Shown here: positions 51,305 to 63,409 of the stretch, in pieces
How the letters are laid out: the number at the start of each line of letters is the position of its first letter
Numbering within the stretch: the first letter of the stretch is position 1
NCBI GenBank assembly: GCA_965203485.1
Contig: OZ241892.1
Location: forward strand, 3,168,001-3,232,000
DNA from: Longimicrobiales bacterium
GTDB taxonomy: Bacteria > Gemmatimonadota > Gemmatimonadetes > Longimicrobiales > Gaopeijiaceae
Direction: 5' to 3'
DNA: 64,000 bases
Translations under genes and position numbers: made by a program
The notes under the pieces: generated by a model
What the model saw: only the letters and a program-made list of their open reading frames with translations
The model's database searches: none
What the model was told of the DNA's origin: nothing

Positions 51305-52414
51305 ATGAACCTGACCATCACTCGCCCGAACCTGCAACAGGCCGTCTCCGCCGTCGCGAGCTGCTTGCCCTCCAAGTCCTCGCTCCCCGTCCTCTCCAAC
51401 CTGCTGATCGAGACCGTGGACGGAGGCCTGCGGGCCAGCGGCACCGACCTGGACAACTGGGTGCGGACATCGGCTCCTGCCGACGTGAAGACGCCCGGCT
51501 CCATTACCGTTCCGGGCAAGACGCTGCAAGACCTCGTCGCCGTTCTCGCCGACGCGCCCGTGAGCATCCAGGTGCAGGGCGAGCAGTTCGAGGTGAACTG
51601 CGGCCGGAGCCGGGTCAAGATCAACGGATTGCCGACCGAGGAGTTCCCCAGCCTGCCGGAGGTGGACTTCGAGCAGGGCTGGAGCGTGGCGCCGAAGGCC
51701 GTGCAGGAACTCATCGAGAGGACGTCGTTCGCGGTGGCGACCGAAGAGAGCCGTCCGTTGCTGAACGGAGTGCTTTGGGAGTTGCGCGAAGACGAGATGA
51801 GAATGGTGGCGACGAACGGGCACCGGTTGGCTCGGACGGCCGTGAAGGTGGACTTCAGCGGCACCGAGGCGAAGAACTTCATCGTGCCTCCGGCCGGGCT
51901 TCATCACGCGCAACGCCTCTTCAAGGAAGCGGACGAGGAAATCAAGGTTGCCGTGGGCGGCAACTACCTGGGCTTCCGGCACGGCGGCACCGAGGTCTAC
52001 TCGCGCTTGTTCGAGGGAACCTATCCCAACTACGAGCAGGTCATACCCAAGGACAACGATCGGGTGGCGCTGGCTGGACGGGAGGAACTCGAGCGCACCG
52101 TGAAGCGGATGGCCGTAATGACCAGCAGCGCGACGAACAAGGTCAAGCTTTCGTTCGCGCCCGAGCGCCTGCATCTCAACGTGACGACCCCGGACTTGGG
52201 CGAGGCCCACGACGAACTTGACATCGAGTACAGCGGCGAGCCGCTCGAGATCGCGTTCAACGCCTCGTACCTGCTGGACCTCCTCAAGGCGGTCCCGGGC
52301 GACGAAGTGAAGATGGCGTTCAAGACGGCGGAGCGCGCGGCGGTCATCGAGCCCGCCGCGGATGCCGACTTCGACTACCTGTGCCTGGTCATGCCTTTGC
52401 ACCAGGGGGATTGA
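51305..52414 (+). CDS. dnaN: DNA polymerase III beta clamp
   Basis: LPVLSNLLI, SGTDLD, ESRPLLNGV, VATNGHRLA, SRLFEGTYPNYEQVIP, IAFNASYL, CLVMP. Confidence 0.96.
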   Translation: MNLTITRPNLQQAVSAVASCLPSKSSLPVLSNLLIETVDGGLRASGTDLDNWVRTSAPADVKTPGSITVPGKTLQDLVAVLADAPVSIQVQGEQFEVNCGRSRVKINGLPTEEFPSLPEVDFEQGWSVAPKAVQELIERTSFAVATEESRPLLNGVLWELREDEMRMVATNGHRLARTAVKVDFSGTEAKNFIVPPAGLHHAQRLFKEADEEIKVAVGGNYLGFRHGGTEVYSRLFEGTYPNYEQVIPKDNDRVALAGREELERTVKRMAVMTSSATNKVKLSFAPERLHLNVTTPDLGEAHDELDIEYSGEPLEIAFNASYLLDLLKAVPGDEVKMAFKTAERAAVIEPAADADFDYLCLVMPLHQGD

Positions 52415-53003
52415 GCGCGCTGTTGGGAGAGTTCGCCGCCGCCGAGCGCGCGGCCTCCAGGAGTTCGGACGCTTGGAAGACGGCGCGGAGTTCGTGACCG
52501 GCGGCGGCCAGGCGTTCGCGTCCTCCCTCTGCCCGGTCGACGAGAGCGAGCACGCCCAAGACGCGGCAACCGTGCTCGGCGACGACGGCCGCCGCCCGGA
52601 GCGCGCTTCCTCCGGACGTGACGGAGTCCTCGACGATCACCACGGACGCTTCGCGCGGGAGCCCGCCCTCGATCTGCTTGCCGGCGCCGTGAGCCTTGGG
52701 AGCCTTGCGGACCGTGAAGGCGTTCAGCGGCGCTCGCAACCGAGTCGAGCGCGCCGCCACGGCGTAGGCGATTGGATCGGCGCCCAGCGTCATGCCGCCC
52801 ACGTGCGACGGCCGCCAACCTGCGGCAACCATGGCGTCCAGGCAGACTTCGCCCGCGAGAAGCAGGCCTTCGCCGCGCATCGTAGTGGTGCGAGCATCTA
52901 TGTAGTAGGCTGAACGGGCGCCGCTGGCGAGCACGAAGTCGCCCAGGCGGACGCTGCGTTGGGCGAGGAGGCGGAGCAAGCGGGAGCGAGGAGTCATGGG
53001 CAA
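52389..53003 (-). CDS. pyrE: orotate phosphoribosyltransferase
   Basis: GDFVLASG..S.YYIDAR, VRKAPKAHG, VIVEDSVTSGGS. Confidence 0.93.
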   Translation of the reverse strand: MPMTPRSRLLRLLAQRSVRLGDFVLASGARSAYYIDARTTTMRGEGLLLAGEVCLDAMVAAGWRPSHVGGMTLGADPIAYAVAARSTRLRAPLNAFTVRKAPKAHGAGKQIEGGLPREASVVIVEDSVTSGGSALRAAAVVAEHGCRVLGVLALVDRAEGGRERLAAAGHELRAVFQASELLEAARSAAANSPNSALNPPGAKA

Positions 53004-54033
53004 ACGAAGCTACGAAGGGCGGGAACGGGAAGAAAGGCGCGGTACACGCGGCTGGCGAAGGATGCGGGCGGCTTGCCTTCTGGCGGCGGCCGGGCCGGCG
53101 TGCGACGGCGGGACCATCGATCCGGGCGCGTTGCGCTTCGGGCAAGTCGGCGAGATCCAAGTGAGGGTGCAGGTTCCCCTGCAACGCGGCCAGGGGAGGT
53201 TGCAGCAAGTGCTTTCCTGGAACTCCGACGGCGCGTGGGTGCTGCGCGAAGCGATCAGCTACGGCGAGCGGGTGGGCGACGAGACCGTCAAGGGAAACCC
53301 GGGCGTTCCCCTGCAGTACTCCGGCGCTTACGCGACCCTGATCTCGGAACTGAACGAGTCCCCCTCGCGGGTCCTGGACGTGGACCAGACGCTCGATCCC
53401 GAATGCGGCTTGGCGGCCAGCCGCGTGACCCTGTCGATTCGCGACGACGGCCGCGACGAGGAAAAGACGTGGTCGCGGTGCGCGTTCGGGGCGCTGACGA
53501 CGTTGCGGACGCAGGACTCGGGGCCGGACGAGCAAGCGAGCCGGGTCGTGGAAGCGGCGATCCGGACGTGGCGCCGCACGCTGGGGGGCGATTCCGTGTC
53601 GGTGTACGCGGGGAGCCTGCCGTTCGGAACGCTGGAGCGCGGGGAGTGGACCGGCACGACGCTGAACAACCCCCTGGCGTTCCGTTCCCCCGACGGCGCG
53701 GGAGCGCGCGAAGCGCCGCCGGGCTGGGACGAGTTCTGGAGGGACCACAGCGGCGGCGAGCGGCCCGCGCCCGAGGTGGACTGGGCGAGCGAGATGCTTC
53801 TCTTCGCCGTCGTCGGCGTGCGCGAGGAGGTCGGCGATTCCGTGGAGGTGCGCCGCGTGCTCCCGATCGGCCGGGGCACGCGCATCGTCGTGGTCGAGCA
53901 GCGTCCCGGCGACTTCTGCGCGCCGCTCCATCGCGTGATTCGGCCGTACCATCTGGTCGTCGCCCCGAAGGCCGCCGCGCCGGTGTTCTTCGCGGACGTG
54001 GCTAGGGAGAGGGTGCCCTGTGGGACGCGGTAG
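52996..54033 (+). CDS. hypothetical lipoprotein with PrcB-C-like C-terminal domain (start possibly 53062)
   Basis: Signal ending PAC; WDEFW..H...PAPEVDW..EMLL...PG.FC...PYHLV. Confidence 0.55.
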   Translation: MGKRSYEGREREERRGTRGWRRMRAACLLAAAGPACDGGTIDPGALRFGQVGEIQVRVQVPLQRGQGRLQQVLSWNSDGAWVLREAISYGERVGDETVKGNPGVPLQYSGAYATLISELNESPSRVLDVDQTLDPECGLAASRVTLSIRDDGRDEEKTWSRCAFGALTTLRTQDSGPDEQASRVVEAAIRTWRRTLGGDSVSVYAGSLPFGTLERGEWTGTTLNNPLAFRSPDGAGAREAPPGWDEFWRDHSGGERPAPEVDWASEMLLFAVVGVREEVGDSVEVRRVLPIGRGTRIVVVEQRPGDFCAPLHRVIRPYHLVVAPKAAAPVFFADVARERVPCGTR

Positions 54034-54054
54034 CGCTTCGGCCGACGGACGCGC

Positions 54055-55502
54055 GTGACGCTCCGGACCCGGTTCACGCTCTACTTCGCGGGCTTCTTCG
54101 TGTTGACGAGCGCCGTGTTGGGCTGGACCGCGTGGCGCACCGCGTCGGCCGCCTTGGAGGAGGAGCTCGACAAGAAGCTGGTGTCGGTGGCGGGCGCCTG
54201 GACCCTTGAGGGGATTCCGCCGGGCGAGGAGGAGCTCCTGCAGAGCTACGGTCGGGGAGACGAGGACAACTCGCTGTGGCGCGACTACCGGGAGTCGTTG
54301 CTCCGTCTGCAAGGGGAATCCGTGGACCGGGCCGACGTCTTTCACTGGAACCTGGCCGACTCGGTGGTGATGCTGGTGTCGACGGAGAGCCCGGACTCCT
54401 TCTACATCACGCAGCCGTTGCGTTGGGCGCGTCCCTACACGGGCACGGACCTCAAGCGCGCCTACGACGAGGGATCGGCCACAACCGGCCTCATCAGGGG
54501 CACCGACGGACGCTACCACAAGTACGGCTTCGTGCGGGTCAACGACTCGCAGCTCTTCCTGGGCGTGCAGATCCCCGCGGACTACCTGACGCCGTTGCGC
54601 AGGCTTCGGCGCCAGATCGTGTTGTTGTCGCTCGCCGGGGCGGCCGTGAGCGGCGTCCTCGCGTGGATGGTGGCCAGCGGCATCGTCGGGCGGCTGGAAG
54701 GCCTGAGTGTTGCGGCGCTGCGGATTCAGCGCGGGATGATGGACAGGCCGGTGCGCACGGGCGGCGACGACGAGCTGACGCGGCTGGCCCGCGCGATGGA
54801 GCGAATGCGGACGGGCATTCAGCGTCGCGACGAGCAGCTGCGGCTCATGCTGTCGCAGGTGGCCCACGAAATCCGCAATCCGCTGGGCGGCCTGGAACTC
54901 TTCGCGGCCGAAGCCCAGGAGTCCGACGAGCCCGAAGAGCGCAAGGGACTGCTCGCCCGCATCAGGAAGGAGGTGGCCGGGCTCAACGGAATCATCGACG
55001 ACTTTCTGGGCTTCGCGCGGCCGAAGCAGGCCGAGCCGCGGATGCACGACGTGCGGGACCCATTGCGCGAGGCCGCCGACTTGGCCGCGGCCGAAGTGCG
55101 GAGCCGGGGAGGCACGATGGACGTGGCGTTGCCCGGCGAGCCCTTGCTGGCGATGGCGGACAGGAACCAAGTGAAGCAGATCGCGCTCAACCTGCTGCGC
55201 AACGCCATGCAGGCGGGCGACTCGATCCGCGTGGACGGAGGCCGGGCCATGGGCGAAGTCTGGTTCGCCGTGAGCGACGACGGGCCGGGAGTGCCCGGCG
55301 AGTTCAAGGAACGCATCTTCGAGCCCTTCGTGACCGACAAGGCGCAGGGTGCGGGACTGGGGCTGGCCATCGTCAAGGGGCTGGCCGAGTCGAACGGCGG
55401 ACGCGTGGAGGTGGCGAACCGGTCGGACGCCGGGGACTCGGCGACGGGAGCGGAGTTCCGGGTATACTTGAGGGGATCGGAGGACTTTCCGGGGAGGGCG
55501 GG

Positions 55503-55506
<4 letters not shown>
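54055..55506 (+). CDS. HAMP-domain sensor histidine kinase
   Basis: Two TMs, DELTRLARAMERM HAMP, VAHEIRNPL, NLLRNA, DDGPG, GAGLGL. Confidence 0.92.
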
Positions 55507-56923
<1,417 letters not shown>

Positions 56924-56927
<4 letters not shown>

Positions 56928-57868
56928 CGCCGCCCGCGCGCTCTGGGAAGACGTCCGGAGCGGCGTGCGCGGCTGTGCTGGTCGCGGTCGGCGCATGGGC
57001 CCCGCCGGCGGACGCGGGCGGCGTGCAGCCCCTTGGCGGTCCGTCGATGGACTCGATTCGGGCCGTGGTGGAGCTGCGCGAGCAGGACTACGACGTGGCC
57101 AGCGACGAATACCGCGCCGCGTTCAGCAGGCACCACCAGCTGGAAGGCGAGTGGGACCGGCTCAACAACGACCTGGACATTGCTCGCGAGTCGCTGACCG
57201 ACGCCGAGAAGTCCGAGAGGCTGGCCGGGTTGCAGGAACTCTCGGTGCAGGTCGAGCGCGCCGAGGGGCGGGCCGAGAGCCAAAAGGAGATGCTCCTGGA
57301 CGCCGCCGCTACGCTCGTGAGCGCGCTCGACTCGCAGCTGGATATCCTGTCCCGGATGCTTCGCGCCGCGACGGACCCCGCCCGCGCCCGCGAACTCGGC
57401 GAACTCTACAGGGACCGCTCGAACCGGGTCGAAGAAGTCGAGGACGAGATGGCGGCCGTGGGCGAGCGGATACCGCTGGTCCTGGACCCCTTGCCGGACA
57501 TCGCCATTGGCCCACGCGACACGCCGCGCCAGATCATCCAGAAGGCCCGCTTCCTGGACGACGAGGCGGACCAGCACGAACGCCTGAAGACCGATCTCGA
57601 CTCGGAGATCGAGCGGTTGCAGAAGCGGCTCGAGCGGGACCAGGCGACGAGCGACTTCCTCACCGACCCGAATCGCGTGGGCGACACGAGGTTGCCGGTC
57701 ACGTCGGGCTCGTCGGGCACGGGCGGGGAGGACCTGCCGTGGGGCGACGAGACTCTCGAGGACAGGATCAGGAACTTGACGGCGTTTCGGAGTTCGGTGG
57801 AGGTGCGCCGGGACCAGCTTCGGCGCAAGGCGGAGCAGTTTCGGGAACAGGCGAGGGGCGCGGCGTGA
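56924..57868 (+). CDS. secreted coiled-coil hypothetical protein
   Basis: Signal peptide, E/R/L-rich heptads; GTGA overlaps on both sides. Confidence 0.7.
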
Positions 57869-59052
57869 GGCGTTTCGGGCGGGCGGGCGCCGTGCGCGGC
57901 GCGGTGCGGGAGCGGTCGCCGGGCAGGATTTCGAGGTTGGGGCTCTTCACGGGCGCCGTGGCGGGCGGCGTCGGCTTGGCGTCGCCGTCGCCGGGCCAGG
58001 TGCGCATCGAGGACCTGGTTGTGGTGGTCGGCGCCTCGGTGGACTGGCACGAGGGCAACTTCTCGGCGGTGACGGTCCCCAGGATCGACTCGGCCGAGAG
58101 CGTGGCGTCCGGGGCGGGTCACGCCCAGGCGCTTGGCCGGATCGCGCTGCTGGGCGCCGGACGCCGCCGCGTCTTCCTGACCTTCGACGGCAGTCTGCAT
58201 CAGTACGCCACGGCAGGCTACCGGTTCCGCAACTACGCGCCGCGGCAGCACGCCGGCTCCGTCACCGCCTACTACCGGGAACAGTTGGGCGGCGGACCCT
58301 TGGTGCTCTCCGCAAGCGTCTCCACGAGCGGCGTGAGCGACCGTCCGCCGCTACCGCTGTATCTGCAACCGGGGTACCGCAAGTACGCCGGCTCCGCGAC
58401 GTACCGCCGGAACGTGGCCGGCATGGATGCGTTGGCGGGGGCAAGCCTGGAGAACGCCGACTACGCGGCCATCGTTCCCCAGCTCGATCTGCTGGACCAC
58501 TCGGCGATGAAGGTGTGGGCTCGTGCCGTTCCCTGGGCCTGGACGCGCTCGGCCGTCGATCTGTTCGGCGAGTACAGCTACCGCAGCTACTCGAGGCAGG
58601 GGGGATCGGGGACCGCCGGCGATCCCTTCCGCACCGACCACGCGGTCCGTGCCGGCGCCTCGTGGCGGGCCAGCTGGCTCGACGACGACCAACGCGGGCT
58701 GGAAGGCTCCGCCACCGTCGACGGCACGCTCAACCGCTCCAACTCCCGGCGGGTGGAGTACAACTTGCTCCGCGCCAGCGGGTGGGTGTCCGCTTCGCTC
58801 GGCGGCAACACGCTGTTCCTCGAGGGGCAACTCTCGGTCAAGCGCTACTCGCGGCCCTTCATGCACGCGCTCGTTCCGGGCGAGGAGGCGGACAACACCT
58901 CCTATGTGGCCTCCAGGCTGACCCGCAGATTCGGCCCGACCTTGAACGGATCGGTCAGAGTGCGTTGGACGCGGGCCGAGACGAGCATCGGCGGCGCGTA
59001 CTTCCGGCGGCTGGGGGCCTCGTTCTCGCTGAACTACAGGCCGTTGCGGTAG
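57865..59052 (+). CDS. hypothetical outer-membrane beta-barrel protein
   Basis: Alternating aromatic/small residue strands, C-terminal ASFSLNYRPLR. Confidence 0.6.
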   Translation: MRRFGRAGAVRGAVRERSPGRISRLGLFTGAVAGGVGLASPSPGQVRIEDLVVVVGASVDWHEGNFSAVTVPRIDSAESVASGAGHAQALGRIALLGAGRRRVFLTFDGSLHQYATAGYRFRNYAPRQHAGSVTAYYREQLGGGPLVLSASVSTSGVSDRPPLPLYLQPGYRKYAGSATYRRNVAGMDALAGASLENADYAAIVPQLDLLDHSAMKVWARAVPWAWTRSAVDLFGEYSYRSYSRQGGSGTAGDPFRTDHAVRAGASWRASWLDDDQRGLEGSATVDGTLNRSNSRRVEYNLLRASGWVSASLGGNTLFLEGQLSVKRYSRPFMHALVPGEEADNTSYVASRLTRRFGPTLNGSVRVRWTRAETSIGGAYFRRLGASFSLNYRPLR

Positions 59053-60299
59053 GGCGGCCGGCCCGCCCCTCCGGCTTGCTTCGCGTCGGCCAGGACGGCC
59101 AGCACGTAGTCGATGTCGGCCTCGGCGTGGTCGGCGTTGACCTGGAACCGGATCGCCTCGTCGCCGCGCGGCACGACCGGATAGGCCAGCCCGGTGGCGA
59201 GGACGCCGGCGCGGAAGAGCGCGTCCACCAGCCTGCGCGTCTCCGGCGTGCTGCGCACCATGAGCGGCACGATGGGGTGCGGGCCGGGGATGATCTCGAA
59301 GCCGCGCTCGACGAGCCCGCGCTCCAAGCGCCCGGTCAGCGACGCCAGCCGCTCGAGGCGGGCAGCCCCTTCGGCGCTCTGCACGATGGACAGGGCCTTG
59401 CCCGCGGCCGCGGCCTCGCCCGCCGTGATGGGATTCGAGTAGACGTACATCGGCGCCGACTCCCGCAGGAAACGGACGACGGCCCCGGAGGACGCCACGT
59501 AGCCGCCATTGACGCCCATGGCCTTGCCCAGAGTTCCGACCAGGACGTCGCACGGCGGGCCGCCGGCCACTTCTTCCGTGCCGCGCCCCGTCGCGCCGAA
59601 GGCGCCCGTGCCGTGCGAGTCGTCCACGACGACGACGACGTTCTCGGGGAAGCCCGGGTCGTGGCGGGCCGCAATCTCCATGATGTCGCCGAGCGGCGCG
59701 AAGTCGCCCCTCATGGAGAAGACCCCGTCGGTCACCACAATGGCCCTGCGGGCCTGTCCCTTGGCCTGCTCCAATGCGCTGTCGAGCGCGTCCATGTCCA
59801 GGTGCGGATACACGACCTTGCCCGCCGGGCGGGACATGCGCATCGCGTTGATGATGCAGTTGTGGTTGAGTTCGTCCGACAGGAGGAAGGTGCGGGCGTC
59901 CGCCAGCGAGGCGAGCGCGCTCACGGCGGCCGCGTAGGCGGACGAGAAGATCATGGCCGCTTCGCGCGCGTGAAACGAGGCGAGCGCGCGCTCCAGTTCG
60001 GCGTGAACCGAGTACGTGCCCGCGATGAAGCGGACGGCGCCCGGGCCGGCTCCGAAGGCTTTGGCCGCCGCTTCCCCGGCTTCGATCACGTCCGGGTGCA
60101 TGGCCAGGCTCAAGTAGGAGTTGGCGTTCATGCGCAGAAACTGCTTCTCGCCTTGGCCCTTCAGCAGGAAGCGGGGACCGCGGCTTCCTTCGGCCGGGAG
60201 CGCCTCGCGGATCACGACTTCGACGCCCTTGGCGGTGCCGTGGGCCTCGAGGCCGGCGACATGCTCGTCGAGCGCGGCCGTCAGGCGGTCCAGGGGCAT
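59034..60299 (-). CDS. kbl: 2-amino-3-ketobutyrate CoA ligase (glycine C-acetyltransferase)
   Basis: NANSYL, GAVRFIAGT, SDELNHNCII, TDGVFSMRGD, DDSHGTG, GTLGKAMG; adjacent to threonine dehydrogenase. Confidence 0.85.
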   Translation of the reverse strand: MPLDRLTAALDEHVAGLEAHGTAKGVEVVIREALPAEGSRGPRFLLKGQGEKQFLRMNANSYLSLAMHPDVIEAGEAAAKAFGAGPGAVRFIAGTYSVHAELERALASFHAREAAMIFSSAYAAAVSALASLADARTFLLSDELNHNCIINAMRMSRPAGKVVYPHLDMDALDSALEQAKGQARRAIVVTDGVFSMRGDFAPLGDIMEIAARHDPGFPENVVVVVDDSHGTGAFGATGRGTEEVAGGPPCDVLVGTLGKAMGVNGGYVASSGAVVRFLRESAPMYVYSNPITAGEAAAAGKALSIVQSAEGAARLERLASLTGRLERGLVERGFEIIPGPHPIVPLMVRSTPETRRLVDALFRAGVLATGLAYPVVPRGDEAIRFQVNADHAEADIDYVLAVLADAKQAGGAGRPPYRNGL

Positions 60300-60304
60300 G
60301 GCGG

Positions 60305-61318
60305 CTACTCGCTTCCCGGCGCGCCGAACGTTGCGGGCTCGGCTTCTCGCATCGGCGGTCCCCCGTCGGCAACGGCCCGCCGCGGGGCCTGGAGAGCACT
60401 GAACATGGCGGCCACCGTCGCGGGCAAGTCGTACCGGGGGCGCCATCCCCACTGGGCACGGGCCGCGGAATCGTCCAGACGGTTGGGCCAGGAGTCGGCG
60501 ATGGACTGGCGGAGCGGGTCCGGCTCGTAGTCGATCCTGAACTCGGGCATGACGGCTTGGACGGCCGTGGCCAGCTCCGCCGGGGTGAACTGCATGGCGG
60601 TGACATTGTAGGCGTTGCGGTGGGCCAAGGCCGTTGCTGGGGCGTCCATGAGCTCGACGACGGCGCGAATCGCGTCCGGCATGTACATCATGTCCATGCG
60701 CGTGTCCGGTTGCAGGAAGCAGGTGTAGCGTCCGTGCGCGAGGGCGGCGCGGAATATGTCCACTGCGTAGTCGGTCACGCCGCCGCCGGGCGGAGCCGCG
60801 TGGGAGACGAGGCCCGGGAACCGGAGACCCCGGGCGTCCACGCCGTGGCGCTGGTGGTAGTAGTCGCCCAGGAGTTCGCCCGCGACTTTCGTGACGCCGT
60901 ACATGGTCGTCGGCCGTTGCGTGGCGGACTGCGGCGTGGGGTCCCGGGGCGCGTCGGGTCCGAAAGCGGCGATCGAGCTGGGCGCGAAGACCCGGCAACG
61001 TTCGCGCGCGGCGGCCTCGAGGACGTTGAGCAGGCTGTCGACGTTGGTCTTGTAGGCGGCCAGAGGGTCCGCCTCGCCCGACGCGGAAAGAATCGCCGCG
61101 AGGTGGTAGACAGTCGTGGCCCGAAACGCGCGCACCGCGTCCGTCATGGCCTCGGCGTCCAAGCAGTCGAGCTGGGCTGCGGGCTGGTCGCGTGCCCAGT
61201 CCTCCGGATCCCTGATGTCGGTGGCCAGCACGGCGTCGCGGCCGTGTCGGCGGACGAGAGCGGCGGTCAGTTCGGCGCCGATCTGGCCGGCCGCCCCGGT
61301 GACGAGTACGCGATTCAT
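60305..61318 (-). CDS. SDR-type L-threonine 3-dehydrogenase
   Basis: VTGAAGQIG, YHLAAILSASGE, PSSIAAFG, YGVTK, PGGGVTDYAV, ADSWP. Confidence 0.85.
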   Translation of the reverse strand: MNRVLVTGAAGQIGAELTAALVRRHGRDAVLATDIRDPEDWARDQPAAQLDCLDAEAMTDAVRAFRATTVYHLAAILSASGEADPLAAYKTNVDSLLNVLEAAARERCRVFAPSSIAAFGPDAPRDPTPQSATQRPTTMYGVTKVAGELLGDYYHQRHGVDARGLRFPGLVSHAAPPGGGVTDYAVDIFRAALAHGRYTCFLQPDTRMDMMYMPDAIRAVVELMDAPATALAHRNAYNVTAMQFTPAELATAVQAVMPEFRIDYEPDPLRQSIADSWPNRLDDSAARAQWGWRPRYDLPATVAAMFSALQAPRRAVADGGPPMREAEPATFGAPGSE

Positions 61319-61564
61319 GACGGACCGAAAGATGGGGAGGAGGGGGACAGTGTGGCAAAGGATCGAGACCGAGGCCTCGGGACCGTGCGGCGTCCAAGCA
61401 GGCGGAATCGGCTCGGTACCAACCTGCCCCGGGCGGCCCCTGGTGGACGGACTCGTTGGCCGACTGTCGAGGACATGGAGTTGCCAAGCGAGCCCTGAGT
61501 GCCCATTTTGGAGTCTCTTGCCACAGGCCCCGTTTCGGGAGCCGTGCAATCGGAAACCTCGTGA

Positions 61565-61945
61565 ATGGAGGACAGAATGAAGAACGGCAAGCTTTCGGCT
61601 TATGGTCTCACGGCCGTTGCATTGGTGGCGGTGGGGACCCCGGGAGGAGCAACGGTTGCCCCGAACCTGCTGGCCATTTCCGAACCGCCGGAGGCGTCGT
61701 GGCGGGACGCGGAGTTGGTCGGATCGGTTGAATGTGCGGTGGTCGAAGGGTCGCTGGGACAAGTGCTTGAATGCGACAAGAACATATACTTGTTGCAGAT
61801 CCCTAGCGACGACATGGAGGTTAAGGAATGCAGACTGTCGGACATAGAAATCGAGTTCACGGAAACTGACAGTGGCGTAGAGATCAGCGCCATTTGTCAG
61901 TACGACTGTGGTTTCTCGGTGCGCGCACGGGCTGTCCGCCAATGA
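61565..61945 (+). CDS. small secreted Cys-containing hypothetical protein
   Basis: GGAGG SD before ATG 61577, signal-like N-terminus, 5 Cys; lower GC. Confidence 0.55.
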   Translation: MEDRMKNGKLSAYGLTAVALVAVGTPGGATVAPNLLAISEPPEASWRDAELVGSVECAVVEGSLGQVLECDKNIYLLQIPSDDMEVKECRLSDIEIEFTETDSGVEISAICQYDCGFSVRARAVRQ

Positions 61946-63024
61946 TGCAGCTTCGCTTCGTCGGCTGGCTTGGCGTGGCGGGCCTGCTGAGTCCAAGCGG
62001 TGCGGTTGCTGGACAGGAAGTGATGCAACTGGACCTGAAGGCTGGACGCGAAGTCGTCGGCGGCCCCGAATATAGATTCAGGGCATCTGGCGCCGTGGAC
62101 TACGATCGGCGCTTGGTCTACGCTGTGGAGGCTCTTGAACCGCTGGCGGTGGCGGCGTATTCGCTGGACGACGGGTCAACCGTGCGACTTTACGGAGGCA
62201 AGAGAGGGGAGGGGCCCGGCGAACTAATGAATTTGCGCGGCGTCGCACTGGGCCCAGGAGGTGTCTTCGTTGCGGGCAGGGGGGTCGTGAACCACTGGGC
62301 GCTTTCCGGGGAATTGCTCTACCAGTGGCGTCCGGTCGCACCGGGCGTCGGGACGATCTGTTCCCTGGCCGGACAACCGGCCGTGGCCGCGCAACAAGGC
62401 GTGGTCTTGCGTGCAGACGACGGCCGGAGCATCGAAAGATGGGGCGCGACGCTGAGAACGGCGGTGCGGGCACGCCCCGACGACCCGGAGGAAGCCTGGG
62501 TGACGTACGACAGAATTCGCATGGCGTGCGCCGACTCCGTTGTCTACGTGCTGACGAATCACGCAATCGCCGCTTATTCGCCGAGCGGCGTGCGCCAAAT
62601 TCCAGTTCCGTCCGAAATCGAGGAGATCGCGAGGCAACGCGAGGCGGCCCGCGAGCCTGGATATCCGACGGGCAGATATGCCGGTTACAGCAAAATGGTC
62701 ACTACGGCAGACGGGCGATTGCTTGTAACGGTCCAGCACCGCGAGATCGCGGGCGCGGTAGTCGATCCGGCCACGGGTTGCTACAAGCTTCTGAAGACCG
62801 ATGTCACCCGCAACATGCGGTATGCTCTTGGCTTGATGGCCGACAGCCTTGTCTTCGTGGATGTCGTAGCGGAGCTCAAGACCGAGCTGGTGAACGGCAA
62901 GCGCCAGGCGGTGACCAGGAACGTGAGCGGCAGGCGTGTCGAAGTCTTCTCCATGAATCCGCGATCGATCGCGATACGCCCGTTGCGGCTTGTGTCCGAA
63001 CAACCGTGCATAGCCGGGGAGTGA
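61942..63024 (+). CDS. divergent 6-bladed beta-propeller protein
   Basis: Signal peptide, GKRGEGPGELM motif; ATGA overlap with upstream ORF. Confidence 0.65.
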   Translation: MMQLRFVGWLGVAGLLSPSGAVAGQEVMQLDLKAGREVVGGPEYRFRASGAVDYDRRLVYAVEALEPLAVAAYSLDDGSTVRLYGGKRGEGPGELMNLRGVALGPGGVFVAGRGVVNHWALSGELLYQWRPVAPGVGTICSLAGQPAVAAQQGVVLRADDGRSIERWGATLRTAVRARPDDPEEAWVTYDRIRMACADSVVYVLTNHAIAAYSPSGVRQIPVPSEIEEIARQREAAREPGYPTGRYAGYSKMVTTADGRLLVTVQHREIAGAVVDPATGCYKLLKTDVTRNMRYALGLMADSLVFVDVVAELKTELVNGKRQAVTRNVSGRRVEVFSMNPRSIAIRPLRLVSEQPCIAGE

Positions 63025-63067
63025 CCAGGATTCGCCAACCGGCCGAGTCGGCCGACGATGTGCGCCA

Positions 63068-63391
63068 TTAGTCCTCTTGCTTAGCCGTCCAGCGTTCGCT
63101 GTCGCGCGTCTCGTACTTGTCGAGCGCTCGGCCAAGCGCGCGGCCCAAGTCGATCCCCTGCTGGTTGGCGAGCGACACCAGCACGAACAGCACGTCGCCG
63201 ATCTCCAGCTCGAGCTCCGAACGGGGCTCGCTCTCCTTCTTCGGCTTGGAGCCGTAGCGGTGATTGATCTCGCGGGATAGTTCGCCCACCTCCTCGGTCA
63301 AGCGGGCCAGGATCGCCAGCGGCGGCCAGTAGCCCTCCTCGAAGCTGGTGATCCAGCGGTCGACTCGGTCCTGGGCTTCCTTGAAGTCCAT
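63068..63391 (-). CDS. MazG-like nucleotide pyrophosphohydrolase (YpjD-like)
   Basis: GYWPPLAILARLTEEVGELSREINH, EIGDVLFVL..LAN. Confidence 0.9.
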   Translation of the reverse strand: MDFKEAQDRVDRWITSFEEGYWPPLAILARLTEEVGELSREINHRYGSKPKKESEPRSELELEIGDVLFVLVSLANQQGIDLGRALGRALDKYETRDSERWTAKQED

Positions 63392-63409
63392 GTTCGTTTC
63401 CGTCCTCGC

